Notes: generated from the letters alone by a model not told the origin. A stretch of 64,000 nt of DNA from an uncultured Planctomycetales bacterium (GCA_964483785.1 CAZACW010000001.1:50967-114966); one strand, 5' to 3'; positions 1-15,000 are shown, numbered from the stretch's first letter. Made by a program: numbers and translations.

Positions 1-2
1 AG

Positions 3-3000
3 TTGTTCATTCACAGCTTCTGCAATTTCCCGCTGACGGTCAAATTCCGCATAATCTGCCTCGAGGGACATTTGGGTGATAGGCTCAACGGTCCTGATGA
101 TGAAATGAATACTGCCGAATTCTATGCCGATGATTTCATCCGGCGCCAGGGCGCGGGGGCCGTGCGGCGTATCAATATGGATGACCAGACGGCCATGGTC
201 GATATCTTCTCTAATATGCGCCCTGGCTTGGTCTTGGTCTGGCTCAGGTATATTGACGCCCTGCATGATCAGTCTGTAATTACCGTCATCCCTGCGCTCA
301 ACGCGGTCAAGAGGTACAGGTAGATTGGCATCCAGAGGACGCTGCAGCCTTTGCGCCAGCCGCTGCCTTACTTGCGGGCCAATGACGACGCTGATCGGCC
401 TTGCGGGAACTTGCTGCTGTTGCCGACGGGACCGGGCTTGCGGCAAAGAACGCGCCATCACCGCTTCCACTTTATCCAGCTTCAGATGAGCATTTTCAAA
501 TTCCCTTTGGGACATGAAGGTCTGAGCTTCAGTCACCAGAGAACGGACATCGGCTATACGCCCCATGGCCTCATAATTTTCATGATGGAAATCCAGCAGA
601 CCCGCTTCCCATATCAACATCTCATTATAAAGCTCATTGAAACGCCGCCTTAATTCCCCGCGTTCAGACAGGCTTAAAATTTTATAGATAATGGCCGCAA
701 GATACATGGACCCGAAGAGCAGGCCCATGAAGACAAACAATTGGTTCTGGCTTAATAAAAATTTCCTCGTGTCCGCGGCAAAGGTGATGATGGCCGGCAG
801 CGGGGAAATCAAGAACCAGATGACAACAGGGCTTGAAATGGACAAATGCCGCAGATACTCTGATCGGATGCGCTGGATCTCATGAGGCCTTAAAAGACTG
901 TGTAAAGGCAACCCCAACAATCTCCCTGCCGGCGCCAGCAGCCTGACGAAGAAAGCCACGGGAAGCCAGAGCCGGTCGGAAATGATCTTGGCTATCCAAA
1001 GCACTGTCAGGACCATGGCCTTCAAAAGCGCTAAAATGCCAAATCCCGATGAGAAAGACGGCGGATTCCTCTCAATTAACGGCCCCCAGAACCAGGAATA
1101 TAATTTGCCGATCAGCGCTACGGTCAACACGGCTGAAACCCAGGCGGCTATTCCGCCCTGCCTCATCAGCCCGGCCAGCACCGCATAGAGGAGCCCGACG
1201 CTCAGCCAAGCCGCGAGATGAGTAAGAGGCTCCAGGATTTTCTTCTTCCCTTCCAAATGCCCCAGCTTCACCGACATGGTCAAGGACCCCTGCATCGCGC
1301 CTACATAAAACATAAGGCCTGAAAGAAGCAATAATACGTTTTTCTCGTCGCCCAAGGAAATGATCACCAGAACGCCTGAAACAAACAAGGCCAGGCCCAT
1401 CAAGTGCGTTGTCCTGTTATTGACCAGCGGATGGGCGCTCCTGCCGCGGCTGTCCTCGGCAAAAACGGTGATCCTGTTCATATCAACACCCCTGAAATCC
1501 GTAGCATTGGCCCCGGACAAATCAAATTTCGGAGACTGCCTGACGCTTTGGGAAAGGAATTGGATCATGGACAAGGGGCTGAACAATATAACGTCCTTGC
1601 CGCGGGTGGAAATCCACTGGCTTAAGCCCAGGATAAACCCGCCGGCCCAAAGCGCAATGATGGTCCAGGACATCATCTCTGATGGGGTCATGGTCAAATA
1701 TCCCATGTCTATCGCGTATTTCAAGCCGAGCCAGGTCACGAGGCCCGCGACCAAACTGTGTTTATTCTTGAATCCGGCGCTTTCCATGTAGGCGGCCAGG
1801 CCCGCAAAGGTCAAAATTTGATTAAAAATAAGGCCGATGTTCCAGAGAATCATGTCCACCCCGGTAAACGGCAAGAAACCGAATAAAATGGCAATCGGGG
1901 TCAAGGCAGAATTTAAAATCGCATAGAGGACAAACCCGAAGAACCGGCCGTTGCTTTCGCGCACTTCCTTGGCTGTCATGCTGATGGGGCCGTAATCCGA
2001 GATCTGCTGCATAATGGGACTGCTTTTCATCTGGACATATCCGCCGGCCCAGCGCGGCGGGGCAATATATAAATCTGAGTGGGAATAGGTTTCGCGGATC
2101 TTATGCGGGAAGCTCTTAGACTGAATAAAGCTCGGGCGATAGCCCAAGGCGATCATGGTATGCGTGGCCTGGGTCACGGCCCAGATGTCCTCAGAGATCC
2201 CCGGCGCGTGCGGGGCAAAACCAATGAGACCGTAGTTAACGGCCCAGTATCTCTGGTACCAGCTCAGACGGCTGCGGTTTAAGGAAGTCAAGGGTTTCAA
2301 GGTGGCATCCCGGTGCATGAAGGCCCGCACGCTCATCCCATAAGTATTGCGCAGCTGGTTCTCCCAGCCGGTCCCGATGGATTCGCCGGCGGCCCCGCCG
2401 AAATTCATCACCCCGCGCAAAATGGCGCGGTGCCCCTCTTCGATCAGGCGGCTGTATTGGCCCATGGGCGTATTCACGTTGGTGGTGCCGCGGCCTGGCA
2501 CGACAATCACCAAATCCTCATTGCCGCGCAAATTCATCAGATCATAGTTATGTTCTTCGACGTCGTTATTGACCGCGCCGCGGTCAATGATCTTCATGGT
2601 CGTCATGCCCAAAACAACATCCGCGGGTGCGGCATCCATGCCTGCCCCGGTCAAGGCCTTGTTGCCAAAGGCCGTATGATCGTGGATCGTGAACATCCTT
2701 CCTTGCCTCTGCTGCATGCCTAAACTCGCATTCATGGCCTGGATCAATAAAGCGATCTTTTCCCTCTGGCCGATTTCAGATACAGGGTTGGTATTTTCAC
2801 GGCTGGGGGCAAGGCCTTCATCCGTATATTTATTGCTCGCGAAAATGACCACATTTTCATCGCCATGCAGAATTTCGTTCAGGCCAAAATACATATTCAG
2901 CTGGGCCACAGACAAATCCTGCGACTGGCCCGCGGCGGCGGTCATGGCCACAATCCAGCGGCGCGCATGCCAGGCATCCAAAATCTGCCGGCGGCTGTTG

Positions 3001-6000
3001 GCAGGGACATACACCCGGACATTCCTGCCCAAATTGACATCTGCAGGAATGGGACCTTCCACGATCTGCCATGGATGCAAAAGGGTCATTTTGGAATTGA
3101 TCTCCGCTTCGATCAGGCTTTCCAGGCCGGCCCTCAAGTCAGGATGACGCCCGTGCAAATACACGGCCGCATCATCGCCCCAGGCCACCAATTTTTCAAA
3201 GCGTTCCATAAGCACGTCAGCGGATATTGAATTCAGTCCCCTGAGGGCGTCGCCGCCGATGATGACATATCCGTGGACCTGCCTGCCGCGGCCCGGCCGC
3301 AAGGGATTATTGAATTCTTCGAATCTTTGCTGAATTTCTCTGCGCTTTAATTCCTGCACCCAGCGCGTCATTCTGTCACTGATGGACCTGCGGGCCTGCG
3401 GGAAATAAATAATGGCCCACGCGGCTATGACGCCTCCCAACACAAAGACATTTTGGACCAATCCCTGCGTTCCCATGACGGCCAGGCCTAAGGCCATGGT
3501 CTGCAAAGGCCATTTGGCGAAGATGGACATGAAATTGTAAAAGCCCATGGTCTGGGCGTAACGCACCAGCCCTAAAGCGTTAATCAGCATAAAGAGGGCC
3601 AGAAAGATCCTGACGTAGTCCCATCCGCCGTCCATCGTCGCATACACCTGGGAGAACCATCCGGAAAATACCGCCGGAACAATCAGATAAGAGCCGACGG
3701 CGATGAAGGCCGCGATAGAGGCGGCGAAATTCACCACGGTCATGCCCCAGGCCAGCCAGCCCTGTTTGGCCGCCACATAAATCGCGGCCTTCATAAATTT
3801 GGGCAAATAGGGCAGCTGCCTCAGCCAGGTCCCCCAGCCGCCGCCGGTCAAGGCCGCTGGGGTGAAATTGTATTTGAAGACCAGCCAGGTGAACGAAACA
3901 GGTTTTGCCTCTGTGATCATCAGCATGGCCCATCGTCTGAATACGCCGCCGCGGGCCATGTTACGGCTGACCATGGTCAAAGCAATGGGAAGAAGCAGGG
4001 AAAAGAATTCCAAAGAGACCCACACCACAAATACGCCCCAATTCAAATAGGAGAGATAAACGCTGTGCACCTCTAATTTCATCAGAACAAACAATAATCC
4101 GGCCAGGGAAACTATGCGCACGGCCAAGGAAGACCGCACGGCCAAATGGAAAATACGGTTCCATCCCGCCTTGATGGTCAAGCTAAAAGGAGCTCTCCTG
4201 GAAGGATGCCGAAGATGCTGGGCCATCCACGCCATGAAGGAGAGGCCGATCCCCGCGGCCATCCCCCATAACGGCCAATTCAGCAGATTAATCAGGCCGC
4301 CCGCATTCATCTGCTGCCACATGGTGCCAAGCCCGGTGATCATCGGCTCTCCGCCGTCGAATTCGTTTTTCAAGACCAATCCTAAGGCCAGGCTCAAAAG
4401 GAGCCAGGGAGCATATTTGATCTTTTCATTGAGTATCCAGTGGACCGGACGATGGTCATGATTGGCGATAAACTCCGTCATCATGCCGGTAAAATGCCGG
4501 AAGGAGCCTCTTTGTGCATGGAACACGTTTTCAAACAATTCACCGATGAGCGTTAAATCAACGCCGGGCAGTCTGGTCTCAACGCCAAGCTCTTGGCGGT
4601 CAGCGGCTTGAGGCGCAACAGCTTGACGGCCCAGCAAGCCATTCACCACCGCCAATTCATCGACCCTTGATCCGTCCTGGGCCACATAACGCCAGGCCGT
4701 GGCCTGCACGATGTTGACCAGGGCCCTGACTTGAATGAGATCATACGTTGTCGCTCCCACCGCCGGGACCCCGATATTCTCAAAGACCTGTTGCAATCTT
4801 TGTCCGGCCCTGTCGGTCCGGTCAGCGCCTTGGATGAGCTCTTCCCTTAAAAGCCAGGCGAATTCCTGGTTCATCATCATCAAGGTGTCCCAGGTGGTGT
4901 TGCTGTCAAAGGAACGCCCGTTGCCGCTGCCGCGGTTGGCCTCCAGGGCCACCCGCCGCGCGATCAAAGCCTGCATCCAGACATAAACCAACATGCGATG
5001 CATGAACACCGCGCTGTCTTCTTCTGTGATGAAGCCGGCCTGCCTCGCGTGCTTCAAATATCCATAGGTCAGTATGAACACATTCTTGAGCTGAGTATCG
5101 AAATGGAAATCAACAGCGCCATCCAGCAGGATGATGCTGCCGCCTCTTAAGGTCGGCAGATAGATCTCCTGCCAGGCCGACACCGCCTCTTCCATGGTCC
5201 CGGCATCCATCAACCGGTTGCGGTCTTGGCCAACGGTTTGCGCGGCGCTTTGTTTGGCCCGCCGGTCATAGAACAAAATTTTAACCGTCATGGTCAGGAG
5301 GCTCCAGGCCAGGATCAGGCCTGTGAATCCTTCGATGACCAAAATCAAGATGGAGGATTCCTTGGCATTCACATGCAGGGCAAATTGTTTTTGGGGCAAT
5401 ACCACCGCTGCGCGGCTTTCCATATCCGTCAAAATCCTGGCCGTGGCTGCCAGGGCCGTTCCACCGTCGGATTTGTCCCCTAAAGGCAGGATATCATTGT
5501 CCATGCCCGTTGAAATGCCTTTTTCATGGATCATTTCCCGGCGGTCAAAATCAGCGGGCAGGGCAAAGACTGGATACCGGCCCTCAACGCCTAGGGCATT
5601 CAGCGACCGGACGGCAAAATCCCTGCCCGGCGCATATCCGAGGGCCTGGGCCGCGGAAAGATATTCGGCCGTTGTCTGGGAAAATATCACATCGCCCTGG
5701 CCGCGCGGGGTGCTGGTGTCCAGCCCCTGCTTGCCGTCGATGCGCACACCGAAAATTTGATAGGCCCGCTCCAAAATTTCCTGGCCGTTGAGACCCAAAT
5801 CGTTTGCGATACGTGCCGCCGCGATATAATCACGGGCATCCAAATCCAGGCGGGTCCCGAAGAAACGCTGACCCTCATTATTACTGCTTTGGATCTCATC
5901 CTGGCCGGAGATGATCACCCCGCGGGATTCATAATTGTGTTTGACGTTGGCCAGGAGCCACCTTAAGGCCGTGTCCCTGACCTTGCTTAAATCCTGGACC

Positions 6001-9000
6001 TGGGCCGCGGTCAAAAGGCCCTGGCCTTGAATCAAGGTGTCCCGCGTTTCCCGGAATACAACCGCATTGTCCAAGGTCCTCATATGAAGCGGATTGTCCT
6101 GGATCAAAATTCCCGCGCGGCGCACGGCCTTTCCCGACCGGTCTTGCGCAATGCCGGAGAGCCCCTCATTGGGGATGAATTGATGGGTGAAACTGTGCGT
6201 TAAGTTGGTCAAGAATTCCGACGGTATTTGATTTTGGATTTGTCCGTTAGCAGCCTGGACATACAGCGAGACCAGATGGATGAGGCGCGCCTGCGCCGCC
6301 GGCGCGTAGGCGGAGGTCGTGTAATTGGTGTTATAAGCTTTGGATTCCTGGGCGTCCCTGGTCACGGCATTGTAGCTGCTGCGCAAAGGCAGCGTGCCTG
6401 CGCGGGTCACGTCCATGTAAAACTGGATGACACCAAAAGCCAAATCCAAACGCCCCTGATCGATCCAAGCTTCGAGTATGTCCATCTCTCCCATGGTTTC
6501 AACGATGGGGCTTGCCGGATTGGTCCTGAATAAAAATGCATCCGGGTCATATTGGTTTCTGACGACATTGCCGGCTTGGGCCCCGATCAGCGCATTGATC
6601 AAAGCATCGCGGGAGACGGCGATCTGGGCGGCTTCCCCTTGGATGGCCGGAGGCAAGGGGCGGCTGGACACATGGGGGAACAGCAAGGACGACCCTAAGA
6701 AGCTGGTGGAATATCTCGATTGTTCCAGGGCATCGGCCAATTGCAACGCCCTGTCCGACGTGGTTTGGTCCAAGTCGACCCCATTGCCGAAAATCCATTG
6801 TGAAGGCAGGGAAAGCGCGCTGTTGGCCGTGTTATTCTGGACCCTGCCAAAGGTCGGATGTGAAAGAAATTTCAGATCACGGCCGTAGACTTCAAAGGCC
6901 GGGACCTCATATTCGCCGTTTAAAAATACCTGGGTGCGGGACGATTCCAGGAAAGGATTGCGGATGCCAAAGACCTCAATTCTCCCCGGGGCAGGACGGG
7001 CGATGAGATTATATTCCAGGGTATCGCCTGTATGGCTGTTGAGCACCGCAAAGGGATCGCGGCGATGGACTAAGTGCCTTCTGTAAATTTCCACATTGGT
7101 GCTTTTTTCCTTCTGGCTGGCCTGGATGCTGTGCAGGCCATCGTCAAAATACATTTCGCTGTAATGATTGTCCTTCTCCACATAATGAATGGTCCTGCCG
7201 CCGCGGGAATCGTCACGGATAAAGGCCTTGACGCGTTTCAAAAACGCGGTGATGATGATTCTTTCAGGGGTGCTTTGGGCGGTGTAGACATTGATCCACA
7301 CCTCGCCTTTTTTGCCGCCGGAGACCGGCTCGACAAAGATGGCCTTGTCCTCCAGGATTTGGCCGAGGATTTCGCCGTTGCCCTCTTCGCTGGCATTCAC
7401 GATGTCCCCTTCATGCGTGGCGCGGCTGATCACGGCTTCCCAATCCTTGGGATTCAATCCCTGCACCCTGCTTTCAACGGCCTTGATGTCCAAGACCTCG
7501 ATATTTTCCTCCACCAGGATCACACCACCGGAGAGCCTGCCGCTATGGACAAAGACCAGATTGCCGCTTCGGATGGCCGCCAGATTTTTGCCTAAATTGA
7601 CCTGGCCTGAAAATCTCCCTTCGCGGGAAAGATTAATGACATCGCCCTTGCCCGTCGTGCGGCTGATCACCGCCCTTAAAACTCCGCTGCTTTGGCCTTC
7701 CGGCACGCCCACGAGCCTGCGCAGGTCCATGGTGTCTTTCTTGGCGCCGATGGCCATGACCGTGTTGTCCAAGCGTGCCTCATACAAGCCTGTCACCGTC
7801 ACTTCACCCTCGGCATCGCGTTCCTGGGCAAAGCTGGCGCTGTTGTTTTTGGTGTTGATTTGACCGACGGCATTGCCTTCGGCGGCCGTGTCAATGATGT
7901 CTCCCTTGCCGGTTTTACGGCTGACCAAGGCCCTTAAATCCTCGCTCTTGTACCCGTCAGGAGCATTGCTGACCTTGCGCACATCAGCCCTGTCCTTGAA
8001 GGCTCTGATTTCCACGGTGCCGGCGTTTAACCCGGCCTCGTACAACGCTGTTACCGCGGCCCCGTTTTGATCATCCCTTTCTTCAATAAAGCTCGCCCTG
8101 CCGGCCCCTTCATTGAATTGTCCGACGATATTGCCGTCCGCGGCCAAGTCCACAATATCGCCCTTGTGGGCCTTGCGGCTGACCGCGGCCCTTAAATGAT
8201 CGCTGTTAAAAGGGGCCGGAGCGCTGATCACCGGACGGACATCCATGGTGTCGATTTTCTCTTCAATCACGACCCGGCCGTTCTCCCGATGGGCCTTGAA
8301 TACTGCGCTGACGGTCTCATTCTTTTGGGCATCACGCTCTTCTACCAAGCTCGCCCTGCCGGTCTTGCCGTTGAATTGGCCGGCAATCAACCCGGCCCTG
8401 CTGATATCCACCAAATCGCCTTTACCGGTGGTGCGGCTGATCACGGCTTTGATGTCCCGGCTGTTCATGCCTGAAGGCAGGCCCTGGACCCCGATGATAT
8501 CAACGGTGTCTTTCTGCTCGCCGATGGTCAAGATGCCCTGGTCAAGAGCGGCCTTATAGATCCCGGCAACCGAAGCCTCGCCTTGCTCATCGCGCTCCTG
8601 GATCAGGCTGACAGTCAACTCTCCCGTATACGTGTTGGTCACGATCTGGCCGGCCACGATGCCCATGGTCCTATCGATGATGACGCCTTTGTGCGTTGAC
8701 CTTCGGATGGCGCCCCTGATTTCATGGCCGGCTATATCCGACGGCGCTCCAGCCACGGTGTGGATGTCCACGGTATCAAATTGCGGGCCGACGGTTTTCT
8801 GGTTCAAATCGATGGACTGCAAAGGATGCGGCTGATCACCCATGTCAAATTCCACGAAATCCCCTTCAGGCGTATCGACGCTGACTGAGCCTATTTCCAC
8901 ACTGCCCTTCATGATCCGCGCAGACTCGGTCTTGTTTTGGCGGTCCACATGAACGTTCAATATCAAACGCTGGCCGGCTGTGGTCAAAGCGGCTGGAATT

Positions 9001-12000
9001 TGTCCGGTGACCTCGCTGTTGATGGAATACCCTTCCACATCTCCCTGGTTCTGGGCATTCACGAGATCGCCGTGCTCGGTCAACAGATGAAGTTCGCTGT
9101 CATAGTAATAAACCGGCTGGCGGCCCAAGGGGGCCAAGGGATTGGAAAGCACCGCGTAGCCCAGGCGGCCTGAACTTAAATAGGCCCTTGGATAAAAGCC
9201 TAAATTCTCCTTTCCCGTGCGCAGGTCAACGCCGAAGATGCGGTCCTTGTTGGTCCTTAAATCGTGGCGCCGGATGACCAGGGCATTGACCACCCCCGGG
9301 ATATCGATGATGCCCAGCATGTCCGAGGTGGCGATCTTGGCACCCGCCTGGCCGTCGATCACCTCAAAAATATCGCCGTCCTCAACGTGTTCCATTTCCA
9401 TGCGGCCGGGAATGCCGGTCAAATACAGCCGGGCCACACGGCCCTGTTCGAAAGTATATTGTTCGATGGCGATCACATCGCTGTCCTTGATGCCGCGGTC
9501 CTTGATCTGCTGATAGGTCAACAATTCCGCGTGCACCGGGGCCGCGGCTGTGGCGTTAAAGACCACCACCAAATGGCTCTTGAGATATTCATTGATATAC
9601 TTCTGGGCCGGCGGTATCAGGGTCATGGTGGCGGCCTGCACCGGCGAGGTGGCGGCTTTCTCGCCGGGCTCGAGGCCGATCACCATGGTCTTTAAAGGCA
9701 GCCACCCCTCGCGCAGGGCCTGCGGATCATCATTGGGTGTCGGGAAGGCCTGCGTGGGCTCTTCGCGGTCAAACTTGCCGTTGCCGTTGGTGTCCTTATA
9801 ATACAAATATTGCTGACGGCCGTTGGTCTTGATGGGCAGATGCAATTGCAGCCAGCCATAAGGGGAATTCAAGGCCTTGACCAATTGGGCCTTGGTCAAT
9901 TTCATCAATTTAGGCTGGTCCAGAGGTTTGCCGCCGGCATCCACATGCACGGCCATGGCAAAGCCGATGGGCTGATTGTCCGCAATACTGTCCCAGGGTA
10001 CTTCAGGGACCTGGGGCCTGACCAGGGGCTGAGCGCGCACAGGGATTGTTATCCCTTCCGGCATGGCCATAGGATCTTTGCCGGCCACAGCCAAACCATA
10101 ATAGGCCCCGGCGGAAAGGGAGGCCGTGGCTGACTTAGGCGTGCGCCAGCCATGCATGGTATCCACGTAGGCGATACTGCCGTCGGGATGCACCGCATAC
10201 GGCGCCACCCACATATTGTTTTCCAATTTAAAGAACCTGCCCAAGGACTCCATCAAAAGCCTTCTCTTCATTTCATAAGATGCAGCTTTGTCAGAATCGC
10301 CCAAACGGCCGGCGATCTGACCGGCATGGCGGTATAAGAAGCTCAGCTGGGACGACCATTCCATGGAAATCGCCGTGTGGCGGTTGCCGAAATCAATGCC
10401 GAGCAATCGGCCGTTCTCATAAACTCCGGCGCGCTCTTCGAGGGCGTTGATCATCGCTTCGATCTCCTGGAAGCGCTCGGCCGCGGTGGCCCCGAAGAAC
10501 GGATCTTCCATCATTTCATCGACAGGCGCCCAGGTGGTGGTGTCTGAGGCAAAAAATTCAGGGCCGTCCTTGACCCAGGCGCCGTTTTGATAATGCGCAC
10601 CGCGGGAGAAGGTGTGCGTCCGCTTATCGTACATGCCCCTGATCCAGATATAGGCCTTGTCGCGGGCGGACGCAAAGCGGTCGCGGTCAGCCTGGGTGGC
10701 GCCGAAGCGGGCCAGTTTACGCAGTAAATTCAAGGCACTTTCATTGTTTTCCGTGGATTTCAGGTTAAAGAACACATCATTGCGCTGGCCTGGGCCTGCC
10801 ACCTGGCCTTTGGGACCGAAACGGATGCCGCCGTCGGCATCCTGCAGTTGGATCAAAAAGTCTGCGCGCTCCTGGGCCAAGATCAGGTTTTTCAAGTCCC
10901 TGCCCTGCAGATACTGGTCCAGCCCCGCGGCGCCGATCCAGGCATTGGGGCCTGCCCCGACATTCCAGGGCCATTTATTCCACCAATCGCCGTATTGTTC
11001 GCCGAAGCCGGCGACCCGGATATCGTTGAAAATCCCCTCCTGGATAATGCCTAAATTGCCCTGCGGCATCACCTGCGGATGGGTCTCACCGTCGGGGAAG
11101 CGGAAGCCGTTGTAATAGGTTTCCAAAATTTTTGCGGCTTTGCCGCCTTCCAAAATCACGCGCAGGCCGTTATCATAGGTATAGGACACAAAAGACAGGT
11201 CAAGATCGTTGAAGTAGCTGGGTGACATCCCCGCGGCCTTGGAATTCCTGTCGAAGAATTCGGTGTATTTCTGGCCCGCGGCCAAATTAAACTGCAGATC
11301 ATTGGACGGCGCCGGCGCGCCGAATTGGGCTGGAATGATGGGGTTGGGAACATCCAACAAATGGCCGAGCCCAAGACCTGGTTGATTGGCCGCCAGCTGT
11401 ACTCCGGTCAACCCTAAAGGATAAATGATCCAGTTGCCGTTGATTCTGGGCGTGGCTTCGAGCTCACCCACCGCGAAACGGAGTGGCGCAGGCGGCGTAT
11501 TCATCCCGTGATTAGACATCATGCGCAAAAATTCATCCATGTCCTGATGGGCGCGCCGGATCTCCCCTTCCATGCCTTGGGTGGACATTTCGATGATGAT
11601 GGGGAAGCGGCTGGTGAATTCAGGGCCGATCCTTCCCGTGTCCTTGGGCAGGACGATCCTGGCCTTGCCTGAACCCAGCGGCACCTTGGTGTGCTCGTCC
11701 ACCTTCAAAAAATATCCGAACACCGACGGCGCGTTTGCGACCCTCGGCAATTCTTCGCTGATGATCCCTGCCTCGTCCAGGTCTTCCTGGGGAATATTTT
11801 CGATGGCAAAAACAAGGGTGTCGTGGATCGCTTCCCATTGGGCCGCGTTGATGGGCTTGGGCATGTCCCCGAAGAACCTGGCCACTGCGTAGCCGGACTG
11901 GGCCTCCTGCTCGGTCCTCATTAATCTTAAGGAAGGCATGAATATTTTCTTGCCGTCCAAGGACATCAGCCATTCCACGGAAATGGGCCCCTTGGGCATT

Positions 12001-15000
12001 CTGTCCTGGCCTGTGAGCTCCTGTTCCTCGGTGTACACTTCCGTCGGAAGATAGCCGTGAATAGGATCATCGCGGGCTGCCGGGGCCAATCTCAGGCGGT
12101 CCTTGACCTGCTTTAGAAGCTCCTCGACCTTTTTGGGATCGCGCAATTGGTCTGAACTGACGCCGGGCAGGCGGTCGCGGCCGCTGCTGACATCATAGCC
12201 TATCCCCAGCGACGGGGATATGGAGCCGGCCAAGCCGCCGCGGCCGCCGGCCGCGATGCTGGGCTGGGCATAGGCCCCGAAATTCACGGACCAGCGATCA
12301 TAAATCCTCTGGGCCGCATTCACGTTGACGCCCCAGCCGGCCGGGCTGCCGAAAAGGCCCACGCTTAAACTCGTGTCTTCCTGGATCTTGAAATTATAAC
12401 CGACGCTGCCGCGCCACTGGCCGTTGATCATGGACGCCTGCGCCTGAAGGCGGCCGGGGCCGACGGGAGCTGAGACAGATATGCCGGCGCGCTTTTGGGC
12501 CACTTCAGGATTGATCATCACATCATAAATTTGGAAACCCGCGCCGATGGAGGGGAACACGGTATTGTAATGCCCGCCGAAAATGGTGGTCATCTCATGG
12601 TTCATGAAGAACCTCAACGACAACTTGAAATGGTCGCTGTCATAGACTTTTTGCTCGATGCCGATCTTATCGAACAGGGCCACATTATCCGCTGTCAAAA
12701 GACGTGTGGTATCAGTGACGTTGCGGTTGGTATAAGGATCTGTGACCGTGATACGGGTCTGGTCCTGGCGGTTGGAGAGAAATCCGCCGGCCTCGATGAT
12801 GAGCCTGGTGTCCTTGGTGAAATCATAATTGAAGCTTAAATTCATGCCGCCCATCATGCTGGATTTGGTGTGCGCGTTGTTGGCCACGTCTCTTAAGAAA
12901 ATACCGCTGACCGCAAAACCCCATTTATCGTTAGCCAGGGCCAAGGTATTGCCGATCAGCATATAGGCATGCCTGACTTCCTTGCCGCCGCCGCCGAAAT
13001 TCTGCTGGAATGAATTGGTCAAAAGCATGCCGATGGAGGCGCGGTCAACGGGATTGGCATTCAAGAGCCTGCCGATCAATCCAGCCTGCTTCTCGGTCAA
13101 AAGCACGTTGAACACCGCATACCATTCGTTTAAGCCTTCAGCCTGCACCAGGCCGACATAGGCATCGGTGTCCTTGAAAATATTGTTCATCACAAATTGG
13201 TAGCCGGCATTGAGATTGCCGAGGCTGGTGCGGCCGACCTGCATTTCCAGGCTGTCGCGGGCCTGGACATTATTGAAGCTGAACCTGAAGGTACTGCCGT
13301 CATTGAGCAAAAGATCATTGTCCCCCAAATTCAAGACCGGTATCGGCCGCATGTATTTTCTTTCGATATAGCGCTCGATCTCGCCCTCACTGCGCGGATT
13401 GACAATCTCAGGATGGCGGACCCGAAACTCATTGAACCTGGTCGTGACCCAGGTGTTTCTGGCTGCCACCGCGGTCTGATAAGCCCTGCCCGCGGCCTTG
13501 GCTTCATCTTTTAAGGAGGCGGCCCTGCCTTCAATCTCCACCTGTTCGCGGTTGAGCCGTGATTCGCTGATGGCGCTGGCGTTGATGGTCCTTAAGGCCT
13601 CGACCAAATCGCGTTCAGGGCTGAACACGCCGCTGCGGTTTAAATAAGCGTCCAGGGCCTTCTGGACATTGTTGAGCACAAAATTGATATAGCTTTGGGC
13701 GCTGCTGCCGTTAAAATCCCTGGCAAAATTGGCAAGCTGGGCCAGAAGTGCTGCGCGGGCATCGAGAATGGCTTTTTGCTGGGTGCCCACGGCGATCTTG
13801 CGCGCCACCACCTGGTCCACGGTTTCTCCGGCGGGATTGGCGTAATAATTGATGTCTTTCTGAAGGTCCGGCAGCTGCACACTGTTGATAAAGGCCTGTT
13901 CCTGGTACAAATTCTGGACCAGCAGGCTGATGGGCCCGACATACTGCGCCGGGGTCTTGGGATTGTTTTTGACATCGGTCAAATAACTGATCTGCGCCGG
14001 GAGATCGCTGTTGGCACGGTTGGTCAAATAGGCCTGGGCCACTGGGATCTGGTCCTTGGCCGTGAGCGGCACCTTGTTGGTGTAATCCACCACCTTCTGA
14101 TTGAACGCGGAAGCAAGCAGATTGGCAATCACTGTCCTGGTATTTAAGTCCTGCTGGGCATTCGCGATTTGTTCCGTCAGCATCTGGGTGACCAGCGACG
14201 GGTTATAGACAATATTGGTGAGCGTATTATTGGGATCAAAGGCAATGGCCAGGATGCTGACATTGAGATTGGCCAGGGCCAGCTGGGCCTTGGCCACGGC
14301 CAAATTGTCTGTCAGGGCCCTGGTCATGATCGAAGGATCATAATTGGTCTTGGAAACGGTGCTGTTAAACGCGATGGTCAAAATGGCAACAAGCTGATTG
14401 TCCAGTGCCTGCTGGGCCTTGGCCACGGCCAGATTGTCCATCAAAATTTGATCCAGTGTCACTGCCGCGCTGCCGGCTTCGGCGTTCGCGGCTTCCGTCA
14501 AATACGCGATGGTCTGGCTGGCCAGGGCATTTTGATTATTCAGGTAGGCCAATATGCCGTGGGTCACCTGGCGCACCGGATCGCTAAGAGGCAAGGCAGT
14601 GTATTTCGCATCCTGGGCGTTCCAGGCCGCGACCGCGGCAGGATAATCCGCCTGGACCTGGGTCGAATGAGCTATGCCGCCGCTGATAGCGCCGGGGCTG
14701 GGCAAAAATCCGATTCCATTGATATGCGTCGTCTCCCACTTGGTCAGAAGGGCCTGGGCCGCGGCGACATTGCCTGCGTCCTGGTTCAGCGCGTTTTGGG
14801 CGTTGGACAAATCTCCAGAACCAAAACTTAAGGCCTGCCACACCGGCGTGATGGTGACTGTAGGTGCCGGAATATTTTTGACTTCAGTTAAAAAGGCGAT
14901 CGTCTGGACAGCCACGGCATTTTGCTGATTGAGTATATTGAGTTCACCTGCGATCACCTGGCGCACCGGCGCGCTGGCCGGAAGCGCCGCGTAAATGGCA

